A stretch of DNA of 56,222 bases from Rubrobacter sp. Its GTDB lineage: Bacteria > Actinomycetota > Rubrobacteria > Rubrobacterales > Rubrobacteraceae. The stretch lies in NCBI GenBank assembly GCA_035563475.1, contig DATMVF010000105.1, positions 1 to 56,222 of the forward strand, given 5' to 3'. Every line of letters starts with the position of its first letter. Position 1 is the stretch's first letter. Of this stretch, positions 48,934 to 56,222 are shown one piece after another. A program made the translations under genes and the position numbers. A model generated the notes under the pieces. It was given only the letters and a program-made list of their open reading frames with translations, was not told the DNA's origin and made no database searches.

Positions 48934-50433
48934 ATGACGCAGTATGAGTTCGGAAAACACGAAGATTCGCATACGGAGACGATGGGTGGTAGGCGGCGTT
49001 GGGTCGCTCTGTACGTCCTTTGTGTGGGGATGTTGATGATCGTGCTCGACGCCACGGTGGTCAACGTGGCGTTGCCGGCTATTCAGAACGACCTCGGCTT
49101 CTCGCAATCGAGCCTTGCCTGGGTCGTCAACGCCTACTTGATCTCCTTTGGCGGCCTGCTGCTGCTCGCCGGGCGGCTTGGGGATTTGATCTCCCGCAGG
49201 GGGATGTTCTTGGCCGGCATCGGTGTTTTCACGGCGGCCTCCCTGTTGTGTGGTCTCGCGCAGAGCCAGGAGTTATTGGTCGCGGCCCGCTTTGTTCAGG
49301 GAGCCGGCGGCGCCATGACATCGGCGGTGATTCTGGGCATGATCGTCACCATGTTCCCCGAGCCGCGGGAGCAGGCGAAGGCCATCGGCGTCTTCGCTTT
49401 CGTCGCCTCCGCCGGTGGTGCGGTGGGCCTGCTCGTCGGCGGCATCCTGACCCAGTCCATCAGTTGGCATTGGATCTTCTTCGTGAACGTACCGATCGGT
49501 ATAGTGACGGCGGCGCTCGCCGGGCGGCTGATCGAGGGCGACAAGGGCATCGGGTTCGGTGACGGCGCAGACGTCGCCGGTGCTGTCCTGGTAACCGGCT
49601 CGCTGATGCTCGGCGTCTACACTATCATAGGTCCGGCCGCGGAGTACGGTTGGGGCTCCGGACGCACCCTGACGATAGGAGCCATCTCGCTGGCGTTGTT
49701 GGCGGCCTTCGTCGCCCGCGAAGCGACAGCGCGCAACCCGCTGGTGCCGCTCCGGATCTTCCGCTCGCCTAACATTACGGGGGCGAACCTGATCCAGGTT
49801 CTGAGCGTCGCCGGGATGTTCGGCATGTTCTTCCTCGGCGCGCTCTACCTGCAGCGAATCCTCGCCTACGACGCCCTGCAGACCGGTCTTGCCTTCCTGC
49901 CCGTAACGATTCTCATGGGAACACTGTCGGTCCGCTACACCGACCGCCTGGTAATGCGCTTTGGGGCCAGGAAGCTCGTTCTCGGCGGTCTCGCGCTGTT
50001 CATGACGGGGCTCGCACTGTTCGCGCGGGCGCCGGTGGACGGAGATTACGTAGTTGATATATTGCCCGTGATGGTCCTTCTTGGCATCGGAGCCGGTCTC
50101 TGCTTCCCGGCGCTCATGACACTGGCGATGTCTGGCGCGACGCCCAGCGACGCAGGGCTGGCCTCGGGCCTGATCAACACCACAGCCCAGGTCGGCGGTT
50201 CCCTCGGCCTGGCCGTGCTCGCAACCCTGTCGGCGTCGCGGAGTGACCAGCTGATAGGGAGCGGCGAGTCTACCGCTGCGGCGCTGACGAGTGGCTACCA
50301 TCTGGCTTTCGGGATCGGCGCCGGACTGGTCGTCGTGGCGATAGCTGTCGCCCTTACTGTGTTGCAGCCCGAACGCCAGACAGAGGAAGGGATCCAGACC
50401 GAGGCGGAACCTTTCGACTGTGAGGCGGCGTAA
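48934..50433 (+). CDS. DHA2 (EmrB/QacA-like) MFS efflux pump
   Basis: LDATVVNVALP, WVVNAY, GRLGD, ARFVQG and WHWIFFVNVP motifs; about 14 TM segments. Confidence 0.92.
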   Translation: MTQYEFGKHEDSHTETMGGRRRWVALYVLCVGMLMIVLDATVVNVALPAIQNDLGFSQSSLAWVVNAYLISFGGLLLLAGRLGDLISRRGMFLAGIGVFTAASLLCGLAQSQELLVAARFVQGAGGAMTSAVILGMIVTMFPEPREQAKAIGVFAFVASAGGAVGLLVGGILTQSISWHWIFFVNVPIGIVTAALAGRLIEGDKGIGFGDGADVAGAVLVTGSLMLGVYTIIGPAAEYGWGSGRTLTIGAISLALLAAFVAREATARNPLVPLRIFRSPNITGANLIQVLSVAGMFGMFFLGALYLQRILAYDALQTGLAFLPVTILMGTLSVRYTDRLVMRFGARKLVLGGLALFMTGLALFARAPVDGDYVVDILPVMVLLGIGAGLCFPALMTLAMSGATPSDAGLASGLINTTAQVGGSLGLAVLATLSASRSDQLIGSGESTAAALTSGYHLAFGIGAGLVVVAIAVALTVLQPERQTEEGIQTEAEPFDCEAA

Positions 50434-50476
50434 GGTCTCGACTTGCAGCTGACCTGCAACGAGAAGAGGGAGGATC

Positions 50477-51589
50477 ATGGACGATATCCGGACCCAGATA
50501 CAGGAGGCTATCGACGAACTGGTCGAGTCGGGTGCGGAGCGTGGCCTGCAGGTCACCGTGTACCGAAATGGCGAGCAGGTGGTCGACGCGGTCGCTGGCG
50601 TCGCTGACCACGAGACCGGACGCCTGGTTGAATCCGGCACGCCTATCTATTGCTACTCGGTCGGCAAGGGTGCGACCTCGACCGTGGCGCACGTGCTCGT
50701 CGAGCGTGGGTTATTCGGCTACGACACCCCGGTCGTGGACCTTTGGCCGGAGTTCGGCGCCCACGGTAAAGAGACTGCGACCGTGCGGCACGTGCTGACG
50801 AATACGGTCGGCGTGCCAGGGTTACCGGACGACACCACGCCGGAAGACCTGTGTGACTGGGACAAGATGTGCGCCGCCATCGCCGATGCCGAGCCCTGGT
50901 GGGAGCCTGGCACGAAGATCGCCTATCATGCATACCCGTTCGGCTATATCGTTGGGGAGATCGTGCGCCGGGCTACGGGCAAGCCGATATCGCAGGTGCT
51001 TCGCGAGGAGGTGGCCGAACCGCTAGGCATCGCCGACGAGATCTACTTCGGCGTCCCGGAGTCTGAGCTCGGCAGGCTGGCCAGGCTGGAGGACATGGAA
51101 GGCAGCGCCCAGATGCTTGCCTCGATCCCCGACGATTCTCCTTTCTTCAAGCTCGGCCCACGGCAGGTGACCCCGACCGCAGAGTTCGGCAACCGTCCCG
51201 ACATCCTGATGGCCGACATTCCGGCCGGGGGTAAGATGTCGGCGCGGGCCGTGGCGAGAATGTACGCCGCGTTGGTGGACGAGGTGGATGGCGTTCGGTT
51301 CGTCTCGCCCGAGCGGCTGCGCGAGATATCCGCCGGGACGTTCAGTGGTGTAGATGAGATCATGGGCTTCCCGACTGCCTGGGCTCTCGGTTACTCCGTC
51401 GGTGGCCCCGGAGCAGACCCGCAAGAGACGGGGAGCGTGCTCGGGGTCGGCGGCGTTGGTGGGAGCTTCGCGTGCGTCGACACCGCAACGGGCGTCAGCT
51501 GGGCCCTGACGAAGAACAGGCTCACCGCCAGTTTCGAGTCCGCCCAGCAGATCTCCGAGATCGTCACGAAGGCAGTCGAAGAGGACTAG
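50477..51589 (+). CDS. beta-lactamase-fold serine hydrolase/esterase
   Basis: SVGK (SxxK), WPEFG, WEPG..AYHA and LAEP-like region. Confidence 0.88.
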   Translation: MDDIRTQIQEAIDELVESGAERGLQVTVYRNGEQVVDAVAGVADHETGRLVESGTPIYCYSVGKGATSTVAHVLVERGLFGYDTPVVDLWPEFGAHGKETATVRHVLTNTVGVPGLPDDTTPEDLCDWDKMCAAIADAEPWWEPGTKIAYHAYPFGYIVGEIVRRATGKPISQVLREEVAEPLGIADEIYFGVPESELGRLARLEDMEGSAQMLASIPDDSPFFKLGPRQVTPTAEFGNRPDILMADIPAGGKMSARAVARMYAALVDEVDGVRFVSPERLREISAGTFSGVDEIMGFPTAWALGYSVGGPGADPQETGSVLGVGGVGGSFACVDTATGVSWALTKNRLTASFESAQQISEIVTKAVEED

Positions 51590-51675
51590 GGCTAACTCGA
51601 GCCGTTTGCCGGTTAGAACGAGAGGACGTCGACGCAGGGTTCAGCGCCAGCTCTGGCGAAAGGAAGGAGAGCGAC

Positions 51676-52089
51676 ATGGATTGGAAGCTCGAGGTCGTGA
51701 CTATCCCGGTCTCGGACATCGATCGGGCCAGGGACTTCTACTCGGAGAAGGTCGGGTTCGTGGTTGACATCGACTTCAAGGTCAGCGACGACGTCCACCT
51801 CGTCCAGTTGACTCCGCCTGGATCGGCGTGTTCGATCCATCTGGGAACGAGCACCACAGCTATGGAGCCGGGCTCCGTAGACGGCGTGTTCCTGGTCGTC
51901 AGTGACGTGCTCGCCGCACGCGCCGAGTTGGTGGAGCGGGGCGTGGACGTCGGTGAAGTTCAGGTCTTCGAGGAGGGTGCTTACCGCCCGGCAAGGGAAG
52001 GCGAGAATCTCGACCTCGTGGGGTGCGTCTTCTTCAGCGATCCCGACGGTAACCGCTGGTGCGTGCAACAGATACCCGCCCGTAACTAG
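51676..52089 (+). CDS. VOC/glyoxalase-family protein
   Basis: LEVVTIPVSDIDRARDFY, VQLTPPGSACSI and FSDPDGNRW motifs; AAGGAG SD. Confidence 0.9.
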   Translation: MDWKLEVVTIPVSDIDRARDFYSEKVGFVVDIDFKVSDDVHLVQLTPPGSACSIHLGTSTTAMEPGSVDGVFLVVSDVLAARAELVERGVDVGEVQVFEEGAYRPAREGENLDLVGCVFFSDPDGNRWCVQQIPARN

Positions 52090-52108
52090 CGGTGGAAGGA
52101 GTGTAGAC

Positions 52109-52729
52109 ATGGGCAAAGTAACTTCGGGGCTCACGATGTCGCTCGACGGGTTCATCGCCGGGCCGAACGATGGGCCTGAGCATCCTCTGGGCGAGGGTGG
52201 AATGCGGCTCTTCGACTGGTACTCCAGCGGCGACACCGATTACGTCGTGCCGACCGGCGAGATGACCTTCCAGGTCTCGTCCCAGGCCGCAGAGATGCTG
52301 AACGAGGTGTTCTCCTCGATAGGGGCCATCGTGACGGGACGGAGGACGTTCGACATCACGAACGGGTGGGGCGGCAGACACCCGATAGGCGAAGGTATCC
52401 CGATCTTCGTCTTGACCCACTCCGTCCCCGACGGATGGGACTACGAGGGCTCGCCGTTCACCTTCGTCACCGACGGCGTACGGAGCGCGGTCGAACAGGC
52501 CAGGGCGGCGGCCGGCGAGAAGAACGTCGCGGTCGGCGCTGCGAGCCTCGTCCAGCAGTGCCTCGAGGCGGGGTTACTGGACGAAGTACACGTAGACGTG
52601 GTCCCCGTGCTGTTGGGGGACGGTGTGAGGTTGTTCGATAACCTGGGGACCGAACCCATCGAGCTGGAGAGGACCGCGCTGATAGCAGACCCGGACGTGA
52701 CCCACATGACCTTCCGGGTCCTAAAGTAG
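52109..52729 (+). CDS. dihydrofolate reductase-like (RibD C-terminal domain) protein
   Basis: MSLDGFIAG, GRRTF, GLLDE and PVLLGDGVRLF motifs. Confidence 0.9.
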   Translation: MGKVTSGLTMSLDGFIAGPNDGPEHPLGEGGMRLFDWYSSGDTDYVVPTGEMTFQVSSQAAEMLNEVFSSIGAIVTGRRTFDITNGWGGRHPIGEGIPIFVLTHSVPDGWDYEGSPFTFVTDGVRSAVEQARAAAGEKNVAVGAASLVQQCLEAGLLDEVHVDVVPVLLGDGVRLFDNLGTEPIELERTALIADPDVTHMTFRVLK

Positions 52730-52738
52730 AGGATCGCC

Positions 52739-52975
52739 ATGAGCCCTCAGCAAGAGAGCAACCTTCCACCCGGGTTGTCCAGGCCTGCGCGGCGGGCGCT
52801 CACCAACGCCGGCTACCGGACGCTCGAGCAGCTCGCCAGGGTCAGCGAGAAGGAGATCGAGGATCTACATGGCGTGGGGCCAAAGGCGCTCCAGCAACTC
52901 CGGCATACGCTCGTTGCGAACGGTCTGTCGTTCGCCGATGGGAACAGAACCAATCAGCAAGGAACTCATGAATGA
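52739..52975 (+). CDS. small helix-hairpin-helix protein (RNAP alpha-CTD-like)
   Basis: LSRPARRALTNAGYRTLEQL...LHGVGPKAL. Confidence 0.8.
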   Translation: MSPQQESNLPPGLSRPARRALTNAGYRTLEQLARVSEKEIEDLHGVGPKALQQLRHTLVANGLSFADGNRTNQQGTHE

Positions 52976-53532
52976 AGAGACAAGTGCTGTTTGTTCACGG
53001 AGGCGGCGAAGGAGCATACGAGGAAGACAGGAAGATGGCGGCGAGCCTGCGAGAGGCGCTGGGTGGCGGCTACGAGGTGCATTGCCCGAAGATGCCGCAT
53101 GAGGATAGCCCGCAGTACTCGGCGTGGAGAGACCGGGTCGCAAGTGAACTCACCGGGTTCGACGGCGAGGTCTTCCTCGTCGGCCATTCTCTGGGGGCCT
53201 CAGTCCTGCTGAAGTACATCTCCGAGGAGAGGACCGCGACTCCCATATCCGGAGCGTTCCTGGTTGCGCCACCATACTGGGGCGTCGAGGGCTGGGAGGT
53301 CGACGAGTATGCGCTACAGGAGGACTTCGCGTCGAAGCTCCCTAGTGGACTACCGATGTTCTTCTATCACAGTCGCGACGACGAGTGGGTGCCGTTCGCG
53401 CACCTCGCGCTCTATGCGGAGAAGGTTCCCCATGCAAGCTTCCGCGAGTTCGACGGACGCGGACATCAGTTGGACGACGATCTGTCAGAGGTCGCCCATG
53501 ATATCGCGAGTCTGGAGAGGACCGGATCATGA
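52972..53532 (+). CDS. RBBP9/YdeN-like alpha/beta hydrolase
   Basis: VHGG, VGHSLG, HSRDDEWVP and RGH motifs. Confidence 0.88.
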   Translation: MKRQVLFVHGGGEGAYEEDRKMAASLREALGGGYEVHCPKMPHEDSPQYSAWRDRVASELTGFDGEVFLVGHSLGASVLLKYISEERTATPISGAFLVAPPYWGVEGWEVDEYALQEDFASKLPSGLPMFFYHSRDDEWVPFAHLALYAEKVPHASFREFDGRGHQLDDDLSEVAHDIASLERTGS

Positions 53533-53557
53533 CTGACGTACCGAAAGTGGGATACGC

Positions 53558-54289
53558 ATGAATGAAAGCTACGCAAATCTACCGCGGGTAGTGTCGCGGG
53601 ACGAGTGGAAGGCCGCCCGCAAGGATCTGCTCGCCAGAGAGAAGCGATTTACTAGGGAACGCGACGCCCTGAACGCGGATCGCCGCAGGCTGCCGATGGT
53701 CAGGATCGAAAAGGAGTACGAGTTCGAAGGACCTGACGGCAAAGCGAGCCTGCTCGACCTGTTCGAGGGGCGCCGCCAGCTGATTGTCGGCCACTTTATG
53801 TTCGACCCGGGCTGGGAGGAAGGATGCCCGAGTTGTTCGGCGGGGGCCGATGAGATCTCGGACGGGCTTCTGAGACACCTGCACACCCGCGACACCACGT
53901 TCGTCTACGTCTCTCGCGTGCCGCTGGAGAAGATCGAGGCCTACAAGGCGTCCAAGGGCTGGACCTTCCCCTGGTACTCCTCCCACGGCAGCGAATTCAA
54001 CTATGACTTCCACGCAACACTGGACGAGTCCGTTGCACCCGTCGAGTACAACTTCCAGACTATAGAAGACCACGACGAGCAGTCAGCCGAGGTGCCGGGC
54101 CGAAGTTCTTTCCTGCGTCAGGGAGAGAATATCTTCCACACCTACTCCGTCTACGCGCGCGGCCTGGAGACGGTTGGTGGTTCTTACTACTTCCTCGACG
54201 AGACGGCCCTCGGGCGGCAGGAGGACTGGGAGGAGCCCAAAGGTCGTGCGGCGGACGCGCGTGGCGCCGTCCCCGACTTCTCATCGTAG
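53558..54289 (+). CDS. DUF899 thioredoxin-like protein
   Basis: RRRLPMV, LFEGRRQLIV, GCPSCS, WYSS and LGRQEDWE motifs. Confidence 0.88.
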   Translation: MNESYANLPRVVSRDEWKAARKDLLAREKRFTRERDALNADRRRLPMVRIEKEYEFEGPDGKASLLDLFEGRRQLIVGHFMFDPGWEEGCPSCSAGADEISDGLLRHLHTRDTTFVYVSRVPLEKIEAYKASKGWTFPWYSSHGSEFNYDFHATLDESVAPVEYNFQTIEDHDEQSAEVPGRSSFLRQGENIFHTYSVYARGLETVGGSYYFLDETALGRQEDWEEPKGRAADARGAVPDFSS

Positions 54290-54513
54290 AGTTTCGAACT
54301 CTTGCCTGACCTGAGCTCGGGTCACCCTGCCGAGAGGTGCAGGACGTGACTTACAGTAGTCTACGACTTCGTGGGAGAAGCTACCGGTGTGTTGCCTCCG
54401 CGCTCAGCACAAGCATCGAAAGACCTGAGCCCCGGGGCCTCGGCTCCGGGCGTGAGATCCAGTCCAAGGTCGATCTCGCCGTAGATTGAGATTCGGCGCG
54501 AACTCGCCCGGTC

Positions 54514-54530
54514 TTTCCACTGTGCGAAAT
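54514..54530. promoter_or_regulatory. possible IclR/AllR-type operator upstream of gcl
   Basis: Imperfect palindrome TTTCCACTGTGCGAAAT about 140 nt upstream of the gcl start. Confidence 0.35.
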
Positions 54531-54669
54531 AGTGTCTTCTTTGTGTCATGCGCATGCACTATGATGTGTGCGGTGGGGTAACACTGGTGGAGACTCGAGT
54601 TAGGGACGCGACTCCAACGACCGCTCGCCGAAGAGCCACGCGCGGCGAGGATAGAAAGGGAGATCAGGG

Positions 54670-55452
54670 ATGCCCAGGATGGACGTTATGGACGCGGTGG
54701 TGAAGTTGATGGAGGACGAGGGCGTCGAGGTCGCCTTCGGGGTGCCTGGCGCTGCGATCCTGCCACTCTACCAGGCCCTGGGTAAGTCCGGGAAGATACG
54801 TCACTATTCGGTGCGCCACGAAGAGGGCGGGACGCAAGCCGCCGACGGCTACACCCGCGTCACGGGCAAGGTAGGGATCAACATAGGGACCAGTGGTCCC
54901 GCCGGGACCAACATGATCACCGGCCTCTACACCTGCATGGCCGACTCGATACCACAGATCTGCATCACCGGCCAGGCCCCCACGAGCGTGCTACACAAGG
55001 AAGCGTTCCAGGCCGTGGACATCGTAGAGATCGCCAAGCCTGTGACCAAGTGGGCGGTGCAGGTCAAAGAGCCCGGGCAGCTCGTCTGGACCTTCCGGGA
55101 GGCTTTCCGCATCGCCCAGGAGGGCCGCCGCGGCCCGGTCCTGATAGACCTCCCGCTCGACGTACAGAAATCGGGCCTCGAGGTGGACTTCGACCCGGAG
55201 CGCGGCGGTCCCCTGAGGCACATCGCCAAGCCAGAGCCCAGACCAGGGGCGATCCGGCGTGCCATCGAGATGAAGCCTCAGCGGGCCTTCTTGGAGATGA
55301 ACGAGTTCTTCGACGGTGACGAGATCATCGTCACGGCGATAGGTCTGTACCAGATCTTCTCGGGCCAGTTTCAGAAAACCTACAAGCCGCGCCATTACCT
55401 CTGCTGCGGCCAGGCCGGCCGGATCGTCGGTGGTGTGCCCGAGAGAGACTAG
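54670..55452 (+). pseudogene. gcl: glyoxylate carboligase, internally deleted and truncated
   Basis: The N-terminal domain is intact (FGVPGAAI, TSGPAGT, HKEAFQAVDI, GPVLIDLP). It then jumps from ...AIEM straight to KPQR...TAIGLYQI...CGQAG and ends in unrelated sequence. The central FAD domain and the GDG ThDP motif are missing. Confidence 0.85.
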
Positions 55453-55577
55453 GGTGCGTCGAAGCATGAAAGCAGACCACACAGAGATCCTACACGCCGG
55501 CCTCGAAGCCGGGGATCCGGCACCCATCTCGAGACCACCCCATTATCGGAGCCCGAGACGATGAGGAAAGAAGGGTC

Positions 55578-56222
55578 ATGAAGGACGCGGTGACGACCGT
55601 CATGGAGCAGTGTGACCGCCTCGCCGACATCAGCGAGGAGCCCGGCCTTATCCACCGGCCGTACGGTTCGAAGGCCATGCACGAGGTAAACGACATCGTT
55701 GCCGGCTGGATGCGCACGGCCGGGATGACCACGAGACGTGACCAGATCGGCAACCTCATAGGCCGCTACGAAGGACGCGGCGAAAAAACCTTCATCCTCG
55801 GTTCCCACCTCGACACCGTGCGGGATGCAGGCAGGTACGACGGCATTCTCGGTGTGATGGTGGCGATCGCGTGCGTCCAGCGGCTACACGACCGGGGCGA
55901 GAGGCTCCCGTATTCTATAGAAGTAGTTGGTTTCGCTGACGAGGAGGGCCTGCGGTTTGGCACGAGCTACCTGGGAAGCTCCGCCTACGCCGGCTCTTTC
56001 GATCGCGAACGCCTGCTTCTCGAAGACCGCAATGGTGTAACCCTGCGGGAGGCGGTGCGTTCCTTCGGCGGAAACCCGGACGCCGTCGAACGTGATGGCC
56101 GTAGCGACGAGGGCCTGCTCGGCTATTGCGAGGTGCACATAGAGCAGGGTCCGGTGCTGGAGAAAGAGGATCTGCCCGTTGGCGTGGTCACGACCATCAA
56201 CGGCCAGAGTCGTATCCAGGTA
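55578..56222 (+). CDS. allantoate amidohydrolase / M20 Zn amidohydrolase (partial, runs off the right edge)
   Basis: Manual translation: DQIGNLIGR...GSHLDTV..AGRYDGILGV...FADEEGLRF..YLGS...EVHIEQGPVLE; adjacent to gcl (purine/allantoin catabolism). Confidence 0.85.
   Translation, partial: MKDAVTTVMEQCDRLADISEEPGLIHRPYGSKAMHEVNDIVAGWMRTAGMTTRRDQIGNLIGRYEGRGEKTFILGSHLDTVRDAGRYDGILGVMVAIACVQRLHDRGERLPYSIEVVGFADEEGLRFGTSYLGSSAYAGSFDRERLLLEDRNGVTLREAVRSFGGNPDAVERDGRSDEGLLGYCEVHIEQGPVLEKEDLPVGVVTTINGQSRIQV

Noticed and set aside
54361-54555. 64-aa minus-strand ORF upstream of gcl
   Set aside because: No recognisable motif or SD; it overlaps the probable gcl promoter and operator.

Overview
GC-rich window that looks like a Rubrobacter-like actinobacterium (inferred from the gene content: archaeal-type ProRS, short HisG with HisZ, sortase, ACT-malic enzyme). 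It is mostly core metabolism: fabF (partial); a membrane protein/nitroreductase/type III PKS/ICMT-type O-methyltransferase operon; serS and proS; a SAM-I riboswitch-controlled metX-metY-ask-hom-asd operon; dnaE; a PLP aminotransferase; an APC permease; two NDH-2-like flavoproteins; a sulfatase; hisZGDBH-GNAT-hisA; a class A PBP; malic enzyme; a thioredoxin-like ferredoxin; an ABC-2 exporter; a sortase; and fba. At the right end are a DtxR-type regulator divergent from a Tat-exported two-domain multicopper oxidase and a ZIP transporter, an HxlR-led detoxification-like operon, a doubly deleted gcl pseudogene and a partial allantoate amidohydrolase. The most unusual signals are: (1) a dispersed family of intergenic palindromic elements made of 8-nt (NGCTGANN) or 7-nt tandem units with swappable hairpin modules, often starting at or just after stop codons; precise removal of one copy restores an overlapping hisB/hisH junction with a well-spaced SD; (2) the MCO-ZIP-DtxR metal-uptake cassette; (3) a ~200-nt end-paired RNA candidate after dnaE; (4) a probable 3Cys-1His ferredoxin. 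I saw no CRISPR array, rRNA, tRNA, transposase or prophage. All calls come from reading the sequence by eye; no searches were run.
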